Assembly: GCA_009694725.1 (NCBI GenBank)
Contig: SICV01000001.1
Span: forward strand, 65,219 to 129,218
Origin: Candidatus Pacearchaeota archaeon
GTDB lineage: Archaea > Nanobdellota > Nanobdellia > Pacearchaeales > GW2011-AR1
Direction of reading: 5' to 3'
Length of the DNA: 64,000 nt
Positions 44,832 through 53,906 of this stretch are shown here, in pieces. The translations under genes and the position numbers were made by a program. The notes beneath the pieces are model-generated. The model made no database searches and had not been told where the DNA came from. It saw only the letters and a list, made by a program, of their open reading frames with translations. Position 1 is the first letter of the stretch; every line of letters begins with the position of its first letter.

Positions 44832-45574
44832 GAGGACAAGTTATTATTTGGGTGTTTGTAGCATTGGGAGTAACTGCTTTTTTTGTGTTGTTATTCAGTA
44901 TTAAAACAACCCCTCAACAACAAGTCGTTACTGTTGATGATCCGGTAAGTTATATGCAGACCTGTGTGCGTACAGCGATTGTTAATGCACTTGAGGCCCG
45001 TCTCCCTCGAGGAGGCATTGTGGATAGTGGTATTTCAGTTATGTACAATAACATTTCTCGTACCTATTTATGTTATACTCGGGGATTATTTGAACCGTGT
45101 AGTATGCACCATCCTCTTCCCCTTGAAACGCTGACGTTACAACTGACAGAAGAAACTCGCCCGCTTGTAGAAACCTGCTTTGGTGATTTGCAAGAAACGC
45201 TTGAATTGACGGGAAAAGAAACTTTGATGCAATCCTTGACCTATTCTGTATCGTTTGCTCCTGACTCATTATTTGTTACTATTATTCGTCCCTTCTCGAT
45301 ACAAGATCGGGGCATATCTCGAGACTATGAAGACTTTAGTTTTACTATGAAAACTCCAACGTATCAACTCATGGATGTCGCTCGAGAAATTGCAAGTCAA
45401 GAAGCCCAATTTTGTTATTTTGAATACGCGGGTTATATGATTTTGTATCCGACATTTGAAATTGAGAAAAAAACCATCTTTGATGGTATCAAATTGTACA
45501 CGGTACGTGATGTGCCGTCGAATCAAGCACTTACTTTTGCAACACGTGGATGCGTGTTGCCGGCGGGACTCTAA
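44816..45574 (+). CDS. prepilin-like (class III signal) accessory protein A, paralogue of 49619-50392
   Basis: N-terminus MAQKMRGQVIIWVFVALGVTAFFVLLF. Alignable with paralogue B (for example KLYTVRDVPSNQALTFATRGCVLPAG vs RVYRVKNVITQESFQFASRSLVFPPG). Confidence 0.5.
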   Translation: MAQKMRGQVIIWVFVALGVTAFFVLLFSIKTTPQQQVVTVDDPVSYMQTCVRTAIVNALEARLPRGGIVDSGISVMYNNISRTYLCYTRGLFEPCSMHHPLPLETLTLQLTEETRPLVETCFGDLQETLELTGKETLMQSLTYSVSFAPDSLFVTIIRPFSIQDRGISRDYEDFSFTMKTPTYQLMDVAREIASQEAQFCYFEYAGYMILYPTFEIEKKTIFDGIKLYTVRDVPSNQALTFATRGCVLPAGL

Positions 45575-48500
45575 TGAATAGACGACAACCGATCGCATTC
45601 GGGGAACTATTCTTACTGATTAGTATGAGTTTTGCGTTTGCCTGGATTATGCATGAATCCCTTCCTTCGGATACTTCTTCAGTACTTCCTTCTTCTTCAG
45701 CTTCTGTTTCTCAGGTTGGGATGCTTCTTGCACTTCTTGGAAATATGCTGTTTGGAGATACCACGGTAAGCGCTGTTGTTCCCGGTGTGTGGACCTGTCC
45801 GCTTATGAAAGATGGGAGCGTGTGTCAAGAATTGAATAGTGATACGTGCGCGACGTATTGTACCACGTCCTGTATTCCTGCCCGCAAGCAAGATGTACAA
45901 CAATGTAAGCTGGGCACGTGCTTTTCCCCAAACACCGGAGGATGTAGTGCCGGAACTCCTCGAGATACCTGTACGGTTGTAGGTGGGCAATGGTTTGATG
46001 CTCCTCGAGAAAATGTATTGCAATGCCGCTTAGGGTGCTGTCTCACGGGACAACAAGCCTCCTTTACGACGGAACAAGCCTGTCTCCGGCAAGCACAAAC
46101 GTTAGGAACTGAAAAACTATTTCGACCTGAAGTATCCACTGAACTTTCCTGTCTTGCACTTGCCGGGAGCGCAGTCGAGGGCGCCTGTTTATTGGGTACT
46201 GATGATGACGGAAAACGTATCTGTTTATTTGGGACGCGTGAATCCTGTCAGACGCGACAGGGCACCTTCCAGGAAGGATGGTTATGTTCTGCTCCTTCCC
46301 TAAATACGAGTTGTCAGGCTCAACAACGTACGGGTTGTTCAGCGGGAAAAGAAGAAGTGTATTGGTACGATAGTTGTGGGAATCGAGAAAATATTTATGC
46401 GTTGCCTAAAGCGACCAGTTTCAACACTGGGCGCGTGCAACCAAAGGGGGCATCGTGTACGCTCACCCAGCAATTGACGAATGCCGGTACGTGTGGAAAT
46501 TGTAATTATTTACAAGGGAGTATGTGTAAACGCGCTCCAGGTGTTGCAAGCTTAGGAGATTTTGCCTGTCAGGATTTGAAGTGCACTGATCGATGGGGAA
46601 ACAAACACGAACCGGGAGAAAGTTGGTGTGCCTATCAAGGCTCGACGGGTGTTGATCAAAATCGGGGGACTGATACTCCTGGCAGTCGACACTTCCGTGA
46701 GACCTGCGTCAATGGAGAAGTCCAGCAAGATGCGTGCCAAGATTATCGTAATGAACTATGTGTCCAAACCACGACCGGTACGGGTGCTCAACGCTATACC
46801 GCTGCTGCCTGTCGTTTGAATCGATGGGCAGAATGTGTAGCGTATAATAATCCTCAAAAACCGGATGAAAAAATAAAGTGTAGTCAGAATCCCGATTGTC
46901 TGGTGAAACAAGTTTCTGTTGGTCAATTCGCCTTTAACCTCTGTACTCCCAAGTATGCGCCGGGATTTGATTTGACTGAAAATGGACGAGGGGAAGGGTC
47001 TGAAGCACTGTGTTCTATGGGAAGTCAGAAATGTACCAAAGTAATGGTAAAGAAACTAGGGGGATGGAAGTGTCAAGCAAATTGTCAGTGTGATAGCGCA
47101 TTATTCACGGAACAGATGAATAACCTCTGTACGAGTATGGGCGATTGCGGAATGAAAGCTAACTATTTGGGAACCACCTCGGATAGTTATCGGGTGACAG
47201 GTGCTCCTGCACTTGGAGCAAGTTACAAAGCAGGCATGCAACGGTATGCTGATGAACGTTTGTTCAAAGACAAACCTGCACTTGCGGGGAGTCTTGCTGA
47301 ATTCTATGCTCTTACCGGCGTGCCTGCAGGCTTAGGCTTCGGTATGGATCCAACTGATCCTACCTCTGGTACACGCGGTGCTTTGAGCATGCCGATTGGT
47401 ATGGCTGGATTGGCTGTAAGTTATATGGCAATTAGTACCGGGGTCGGCTATAGTGTTGGCTCAACTCTTGGTATCTCTACATATGCAAGTGCAAGTGGAT
47501 TGACTGCTGCTGGAGGTGCGCTCATGGGGGCAACGATTGGATTTGCACTGGTGAGTTTCTTGCTTGATTTCACCGGAGTAGGACGAGGATTACCTGCTGA
47601 ACTTACCTATGGCCTCATGGCTGCAGGGGCTGTCGCAGGAGCGGTGATGGGTATGAGTTATGCTGCTGGAACGGGAGTAACCGGATCATTCTCCGCACTT
47701 GGAGCAAGCGGGTTGTCAACTCTTGCAGGAGCTGCTGCTGCTGCCTTTGTGGTTATTGTAGTTGTCATTATCATTATCGTTGTTATGGCTCTCCTAGGTA
47801 TCGGGAAAGTCAAAAAGATTGAATCTACATTTACCTGTAAGCCTTGGCAAGCTCCGACGGGAAGTAGTGCGTGTGGGACCTGCGGGAGCGATGGATTCCC
47901 GTGTAGTGCGTATGCGTGTTCTGCGCTGGGACAAAATTGTCAGCTCATTAATGAAGCAACGGATGAACCAGAATGTGTTGCGATTAGCAGGGATGATGTG
48001 GTTCCACCGGTGATACAACCGTTGACGGGAGTTATTAGTGTGGGACATCAGTATAGTGCAGTGGGACCTTTGGGATTCAAACTGACGGGACCTGAAGAAT
48101 GTTTAGAACCCTTTAGTCAGCTTATTTTTGGACTTGGCTTGAATGAACCGGGGCAGTGTAAGTATAGCACCTCTCCTTCTGATAGTTTTGCGCAAATGAG
48201 TGCCGACTTTGGATTCAGTTCGTTATTCCGACGCAATCATACGATGATTTTGCCGGTACCGAGTATTGAGGCTTTGGGGTATACTGGCTATCAAACTAAC
48301 TTCACGGCAAGTCAAACGTTGTATGTTCGATGCCAGGATAAAAATGGGAATGTGAACAATGCAGGCTATGCAATCAACTTCTGTGTGCGACGAGGATTAG
48401 ATGTTACCCCTGCCGTTGTAGTAGCTAAAACTCCCGCCTGGGACTACGTCGGCTTCTTGGCAACGCAACAGAATGTAACGCTCTATACCAATGAGCCTGC

Positions 48501-49452
48501 AACCTGTCGCCTGAGTGATCGTGCTCAAGCCTATGATGTGATGACGCAGGAATTAACCTGTTTGAATGATCCAGTTGAAGATACTCCTGCCTTATTTGGC
48601 TGGGCATGTAACACAACGGTAAATCTGCTTGCACGGAATGATTCTACCTTTTATACGCTCTGCAAAGATCAGCCTTGGTTGATTGGAAAAAATGTATCTA
48701 TCTATCGGGTGAATAACACGAATTACACCTTTAATGCCGACGCGGTGAATATGACGTTCTTACAAGGGATAAGTACACGATCAGGGACTCCGCTTGCTCT
48801 TGTCCAGACCATTCCTGAAGCGGTGTTGACGAACATCACGGGAAATGGTACCACGAAACGGATTCAGACTCGAAATCTCATGCAGCAAGCCTATCCGTTT
48901 ACCATTCGGAAGAGTGTTGCACCGTTACGTATTGATGAACTCCAACCATATGGAACGCTCGCGTTTGGCGTTATGCCTGCTTCGGTGTCGGTTATTGCAC
49001 GTACGGGTGGCGGGCTTGATGGAACCGCTACCTGCCGGTATCAGTTTGGCGGGCAATGGATTGATTTCCGAGACACCCTTGGGCTCGTGCATCGCCAGAC
49101 TCTTTCGTTGTTTAACGGAACGCATACGTTCCCGATTCGCTGTGAAGATCAAGCTGGAAACATCGCTGGCAGTAGTGTGACGTTTACCATCCGTGCAGAT
49201 ACAACGATGCCCCTCATAACTCGGGCGTATGGCTCGGGTAGCACGTTGACCGTGGTTACGAATGAACCGGCGACCTGTAAAGCGAGCACACGTGGATGTC
49301 AAGATGCCTGGATCAATGGGACTGCTTTGAGTGGGACTGATCGAGCCCATACGTTCTCCTGGGAACGAAAATTTACCTATTATCTCCAGTGTACGGATCA
49401 GTATTTGAATGGGCCGGGAAGCCAGTGTCAAGCAATAGTGAGGCACCAATGA
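45574..49452 (+). CDS. giant Cys-rich membrane/surface protein, fused form (N Cys-rich module, Gly/Ala hydrophobic module, C beta-sandwich repeat module)
   Basis: About 1290 aa. Start chosen at the TAATG junction with the upstream gene (alternative ATG at 45550). Signal-anchor FGELFLLISMSFAFAW. Module content is described in the findings. Confidence 0.7.
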   Translation: MNRRQPIAFGELFLLISMSFAFAWIMHESLPSDTSSVLPSSSASVSQVGMLLALLGNMLFGDTTVSAVVPGVWTCPLMKDGSVCQELNSDTCATYCTTSCIPARKQDVQQCKLGTCFSPNTGGCSAGTPRDTCTVVGGQWFDAPRENVLQCRLGCCLTGQQASFTTEQACLRQAQTLGTEKLFRPEVSTELSCLALAGSAVEGACLLGTDDDGKRICLFGTRESCQTRQGTFQEGWLCSAPSLNTSCQAQQRTGCSAGKEEVYWYDSCGNRENIYALPKATSFNTGRVQPKGASCTLTQQLTNAGTCGNCNYLQGSMCKRAPGVASLGDFACQDLKCTDRWGNKHEPGESWCAYQGSTGVDQNRGTDTPGSRHFRETCVNGEVQQDACQDYRNELCVQTTTGTGAQRYTAAACRLNRWAECVAYNNPQKPDEKIKCSQNPDCLVKQVSVGQFAFNLCTPKYAPGFDLTENGRGEGSEALCSMGSQKCTKVMVKKLGGWKCQANCQCDSALFTEQMNNLCTSMGDCGMKANYLGTTSDSYRVTGAPALGASYKAGMQRYADERLFKDKPALAGSLAEFYALTGVPAGLGFGMDPTDPTSGTRGALSMPIGMAGLAVSYMAISTGVGYSVGSTLGISTYASASGLTAAGGALMGATIGFALVSFLLDFTGVGRGLPAELTYGLMAAGAVAGAVMGMSYAAGTGVTGSFSALGASGLSTLAGAAAAAFVVIVVVIIIIVVMALLGIGKVKKIESTFTCKPWQAPTGSSACGTCGSDGFPCSAYACSALGQNCQLINEATDEPECVAISRDDVVPPVIQPLTGVISVGHQYSAVGPLGFKLTGPEECLEPFSQLIFGLGLNEPGQCKYSTSPSDSFAQMSADFGFSSLFRRNHTMILPVPSIEALGYTGYQTNFTASQTLYVRCQDKNGNVNNAGYAINFCVRRGLDVTPAVVVAKTPAWDYVGFLATQQNVTLYTNEPATCRLSDRAQAYDVMTQELTCLNDPVEDTPALFGWACNTTVNLLARNDSTFYTLCKDQPWLIGKNVSIYRVNNTNYTFNADAVNMTFLQGISTRSGTPLALVQTIPEAVLTNITGNGTTKRIQTRNLMQQAYPFTIRKSVAPLRIDELQPYGTLAFGVMPASVSVIARTGGGLDGTATCRYQFGGQWIDFRDTLGLVHRQTLSLFNGTHTFPIRCEDQAGNIAGSSVTFTIRADTTMPLITRAYGSGSTLTVVTNEPATCKASTRGCQDAWINGTALSGTDRAHTFSWERKFTYYLQCTDQYLNGPGSQCQAIVRHQ

Positions 49453-49618
49453 GTAATCTGAGAAACAATCGCATTGAACGTAGGTATCTCAGGTATTCCT
49501 TTGTATCTTTTCTAGCTGAAGCCCCCTTGTTCAATGTATTTCAAGTGAATAAGCCTATCTACTCTAGGAAAGTACCTGCATGAAAACCATTATAAACATC
49601 CGACGTGATGAGGAGAGT

Positions 49619-50392
49619 ATGGAGAGAGGGATACGTACACGAGGACAAGTTACCTTTTTTGTACTAGTTGCAGTTGTGTTGGTAGGTGTTATTATTGCGC
49701 TCATTGCGATTCCTCGGTTACGCGGACCGAGTGTTGATGCAGTACAAGATCCCTCTGCCTTTTTACGCGCCTGTATCCAACCTACGTTAGAGGCTCGGTT
49801 GGCAACGCTGAGTGAGCAGGGAGGTTATCTCACTCCTGAAGGGTTTATTGAATATAATGGGACTAAAGTAAAATATCTCTGCCATGCAAGCGAAGATTAT
49901 GCAACATGCACTGTGCAACAACCGCTGATTAAAGAACATGTGGAAGAAGAACTAACCAATGCATTACAGGGAACAGCACGACAATGTGTGCAAGATTTGA
50001 AAGATGCGTTCCAGAGTGCTGGCTATAGCGTGGGAGGGAACTTTGAACGGTTCACGTTTTCATTTATCCCGGGAAACATGGTTGCGGTTATTGAAGCTCC
50101 GCTGACGTTAGAGAAACAAGGACGACGAACGTACACGCAATTCCAACTCACGTTCCCGAGTGAATATTATGATGTACTCTATCTGGTCACCAGCATTATT
50201 GAATATGAATCCCAAGTGGGCAATTCTGAAACATCTTTATATGTCCAGTATTACCCCGATATTAGTATGGATAAGATAACCTTGGGAGATGGCACTCGTG
50301 TGTATCGAGTGAAGAATGTAATCACTCAAGAATCCTTCCAATTCGCCTCTCGCAGTTTGGTGTTCCCACCAGGATATGGGTTTGAGCGATGA
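49619..50392 (+). CDS. prepilin-like (class III signal) accessory protein B
   Basis: N-terminus MERGIRTRGQVTFFVLVAVVLVGVIIALIAI (alternative upstream ATG at 49580). Paralogue of 44816-45574. Confidence 0.5.
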   Translation: MERGIRTRGQVTFFVLVAVVLVGVIIALIAIPRLRGPSVDAVQDPSAFLRACIQPTLEARLATLSEQGGYLTPEGFIEYNGTKVKYLCHASEDYATCTVQQPLIKEHVEEELTNALQGTARQCVQDLKDAFQSAGYSVGGNFERFTFSFIPGNMVAVIEAPLTLEKQGRRTYTQFQLTFPSEYYDVLYLVTSIIEYESQVGNSETSLYVQYYPDISMDKITLGDGTRVYRVKNVITQESFQFASRSLVFPPGYGFER

Positions 50393-51858
50393 AGTTCCTG
50401 TTTGCTTTGTTCATAAGCGTCGTTCTTCTTGGACTGGTGGGTGCAGCTGAACAAACCGTGTGTTGTGAAAAAACAACCTCTGGCCTCTATTGTCAGCAAG
50501 TGCAGCCAACACAGTGCGCTTCGGGAAGCAAGCAAGCTCCGACCTCCTGTGAGTCAACGAGTTTCTGTAAACCGGGCGTATGTTATGGTACTGCTGAAGG
50601 GACGTGTATGGAAAATACACCCCAAGTTGCCTGTAACGCACAAAATGCCAGTTGGTCTGCAACGTTCCCTGCCCAATGTACCTTAGGGTGTTGTGTGTTA
50701 GGAGATCAAGCGGCATTTGTCTCCTTGCCTCGGTGTAAACGCCTTGCAGGTTTCTTTGGTATCCCTGTTACGTATAATCGCGGGGTGACCAATGAGGTGC
50801 AATGTGTCTTGAGTGTACAAAATCAAGATAAAGGAGCATGTGTGTATGAACAAGAATTTGAAAAGACCTGTCGATTTACAACACGTGCATTATGTTCTTC
50901 GGGTGCAAATAATACAGGACAAGGTACTTTCTATAAAGACAAGCTCTGCACCGCTCCTGAACTTGCCACGAATTGTGCCAAGACACAGAAAACAGCCTGT
51001 GTCGATGGGAAAGATGAAGTGTATTTTGTGGATAGTTGTGGGAATGCGGCAAATGTATATGATGCGGGCAAAGCACAAGACGTTGAATACTGGACAAACA
51101 TAAAAACTCCTGAACAAAGTTGTAATCCTACTGGTGCAAATGCGGGGAGTCGCACGTGTGGCAATTGTGAATATTTGTTAGGAAGCATCTGTCGGAAAGC
51201 GAGTAAAGCAGATACGCCTGCGATGGGCGAGAATATTTGTACGAATTTGAATTGTGCTACTACCAGTAATGGGAAAGCGTATAAACATGGGGAAAGTTGG
51301 TGTGTGAATACGGATGCGGGTAAAACGGCAGTGAGTAAGAATAGTGTGGGCAGTCGCTTCTACAAGCATCTCTGTATTAACGGAGAAGAAAAAGTAGAAG
51401 GGTGTGCCGATTATCGCCAGGAAGAATGTATCCAAGATGTGATTAAAACAACCGCGGGAGAATTCTCTCAGGCAGCCTGCCGTGTGAACCGGTGGCAAGA
51501 TTGTACGACCCAGACTGATAAGGACGCTTGCCAGAATCGTGATCGACGAGACTGTGCCTGGAAACCAGGTGTTGCAGCTAATCCTGATGCGTGCGTTCCG
51601 TTGAATGCTCCTGGCTTGCAATTCTGGCAAGGAGAACAAACCAAAGAAATTTGCGGGAAAGCATCAGCAACCTGTACAGTCACCTTTGAGAAGGGCGCCT
51701 TTGGGGGAGAAGAATGTAAGCAGAACTGTGAATGCCTCACCGGACAATGGCTCCAACGGAGAAATGAGTTATGTAATGCGCTGGGCGATTGTGGTCCCAA
51801 TATTAATTGGTTTAATCAGAAGGGTTACACTGACGGGTATAAAGTAGTTGGACCGTAA
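50389..51858 (+). CDS. secreted Cys-rich protein, stand-alone paralogue of the N-module of the giant protein
   Basis: Sec signal MKFLFALFISVVLLGLVGAAEQ. Collinear conserved Cys blocks with 45574-49452 (DSCGN, TCGNCxYLxGSxC, GESWC, CRxNRW, LGDCG). ATGA overlap with accessory B. Confidence 0.7.
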   Translation: MKFLFALFISVVLLGLVGAAEQTVCCEKTTSGLYCQQVQPTQCASGSKQAPTSCESTSFCKPGVCYGTAEGTCMENTPQVACNAQNASWSATFPAQCTLGCCVLGDQAAFVSLPRCKRLAGFFGIPVTYNRGVTNEVQCVLSVQNQDKGACVYEQEFEKTCRFTTRALCSSGANNTGQGTFYKDKLCTAPELATNCAKTQKTACVDGKDEVYFVDSCGNAANVYDAGKAQDVEYWTNIKTPEQSCNPTGANAGSRTCGNCEYLLGSICRKASKADTPAMGENICTNLNCATTSNGKAYKHGESWCVNTDAGKTAVSKNSVGSRFYKHLCINGEEKVEGCADYRQEECIQDVIKTTAGEFSQAACRVNRWQDCTTQTDKDACQNRDRRDCAWKPGVAANPDACVPLNAPGLQFWQGEQTKEICGKASATCTVTFEKGAFGGEECKQNCECLTGQWLQRRNELCNALGDCGPNINWFNQKGYTDGYKVVGP

Positions 51859-51912
51859 GTAAGTTATTTGTATCGCCTGTATCTTTTTAATCCCTTAACG
51901 CATCTACCCTCT

Positions 51913-52584
51913 ATGCGTTCTCATTCTCTCGCATTGGTCGGTGCAGGACTTGTAGGACTTGCTTCATTGAGCGAGGGTTCACTTTCTCGCCCTTCATTTC
52001 TTGAACCTCTTTCCCGAGCAATGATGCCTGCTCTTTCTGGCCCGCTCGCCTATTGTGCTGGATGTGATTCAATCCATGGTCCAGAAGGGGAGGGAAGTAC
52101 TCGCTATGAACTTGTTACCGGATTTGCTGACTTGACTTCGGTTCAATCCCTCTTTACTGATATGCAAGATGAAGTAAAGAATCTTGAAACGATTGCGGTA
52201 ACAGGGGTCACGGTACGACAGCGTGAGAGTGATGATAGCGTGAAATTGCATCCAGAAGATCCCGTGTATCCTGGACAGACACCTGGTGACTCCTATAGGG
52301 GTACTTCGTTTATCTTGTTTTATATTGACCTTGCTAACCATCCGTCGACTTTTACGTTACAGATTGCACGTGACGGGACAAACATGTACTCGCAAGACTT
52401 TGATCTTGCGACTTCTCCCGCTCGTAGGGGTTTTCTTCTGTTCAGCCCTCAAGAACTTGCACCTCGCGAGTATCGATTACATGGTCCTGCCAAGTATACG
52501 ATTGAAACAATAGTGGATGACGATGAAGATCCGGGTTCTTCTCGCACTGAGCAAACCATGGAATTCTTTATTGAACATAAATAG
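51913..52584 (+). CDS. secreted hypothetical protein
   Basis: Signal-like MRSHSLALVGAGLVGLASLS. TATA-like box ends 22 nt before the ATG. The ORF track starts at TTG 51868. Confidence 0.4.
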   Translation: MRSHSLALVGAGLVGLASLSEGSLSRPSFLEPLSRAMMPALSGPLAYCAGCDSIHGPEGEGSTRYELVTGFADLTSVQSLFTDMQDEVKNLETIAVTGVTVRQRESDDSVKLHPEDPVYPGQTPGDSYRGTSFILFYIDLANHPSTFTLQIARDGTNMYSQDFDLATSPARRGFLLFSPQELAPREYRLHGPAKYTIETIVDDDEDPGSSRTEQTMEFFIEHK

Positions 52585-52592
52585 GGAGAAGA

Positions 52593-53807
52593 TTATTTTT
52601 CTTCCCCTAATAATTTTAAATTTTCAGCAAGTGTTTCTGGCCTATTGTTTTTTTCGCCTCTCCGAATATTTCTTATCACGAAGTTTTTTAGAAGAGCATA
52701 TCTTAAAAGATAAAGAACGTATTCCTTTTCTTCTTCTTTGATCGGAAATTTAGAATGCACATTATAACCTTGAGTAATCGCCTTAAAACTACTTTTAAGG
52801 TATAGGGGCGGTGCCATATTTCTGCCAAATAATAAGGGGGACTCAAAATCAACAACTCTCCTTGAAAACCTAAGCAACTCTAAATCTATGAATTTTAACC
52901 CTGTAGATGTCAAAATTACATTAGACTGATTTAAATCTCCATGAATGTAAGCTTCATCTAAAAAATCACGCCTTACATCAAAACCTGCACTCATTATTCT
53001 TTTTGTTTCTGGCAGAAAAGAATCGTGGCCGTTAACTGCAAGGTCGATATTAATTGCGATCAAATTGCTTGCACTTGAATGGCTGCATTCAGATAAAAAA
53101 GTATTTTGTAATCCTCTCCTTTCTATCGCGCCACTTAATTCTCGATGCATTCTTGCAATTTTTCCTCCAAGTTCAAAATAATAAGATAAGCTTCTTTCCT
53201 TAATTGGTTCACCTATAACATATTCTTCTAAACCATAAAAACCATCACTTAAACAAACGAATCTTTCTCCTGATGTCGTTTTTTTGCCTGTTGGGAAAAA
53301 AGAAGGCAGTTCTTGAACTACTTCAAATAACGCCTTTGCTCTTGCTGTTTTTGTTCCTAAATTTTTAAGAACAAATTCCCCTTCCTTACTAAGAACATGA
53401 AACAATCCTTCTTTTCTAATGCTCCCTTTAATAGGGGTTAAGTGTATATTAGTTAAACCATAAGATTGAGCCAAAATATCTTCAAGCATCGAGGTGTTTT
53501 TTTTCTCTAAATTTTCTCTTGCAAAAACTTGAGAAGGTGTATGATATATTATTTTTTTGCCTTTTAGTAAACTTATTCCTAATTCTGACATGCTCTGACT
53601 TTCAATAGGAAAAACTTGAGTGGTACCTTTATAAAAAATAGTGAACGAATTAGTCGAGTTAGAAACCGTCGTTTTTTCTTTATCTGAAATAACCACGTTA
53701 TTCATGCATCTTCCTGAAAAAGTAATTTCTCCTGTAACATATCCAAAATTATTGCCTTCTCGATAAAATTTTATTTCTTCTGGGAAAAAAATTGTTGAAT
53801 TGAGCAT
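52593..53807 (-). CDS. protein-kinase-like fold phosphotransferase (APH/choline-kinase family)
   Basis: Catalytic segment YIHGDLNQSNVILT...KFIDLE (HGDxxxxN...IDxE) is typical of aminoglycoside/small-molecule kinases. AT-rich gene. Confidence 0.6.
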   Translation of the reverse strand: MLNSTIFFPEEIKFYREGNNFGYVTGEITFSGRCMNNVVISDKEKTTVSNSTNSFTIFYKGTTQVFPIESQSMSELGISLLKGKKIIYHTPSQVFARENLEKKNTSMLEDILAQSYGLTNIHLTPIKGSIRKEGLFHVLSKEGEFVLKNLGTKTARAKALFEVVQELPSFFPTGKKTTSGERFVCLSDGFYGLEEYVIGEPIKERSLSYYFELGGKIARMHRELSGAIERRGLQNTFLSECSHSSASNLIAINIDLAVNGHDSFLPETKRIMSAGFDVRRDFLDEAYIHGDLNQSNVILTSTGLKFIDLELLRFSRRVVDFESPLLFGRNMAPPLYLKSSFKAITQGYNVHSKFPIKEEEKEYVLYLLRYALLKNFVIRNIRRGEKNNRPETLAENLKLLGEEK

Positions 53808-53906
53808 AAAAATGAGTTTGTCCCCATTATTTAAATATGTCTATTAACATTAATTATTCTTCGTTCTTTCAGCTTATTTTAAATACTATAAAACAATCTC
53901 TAAAGT

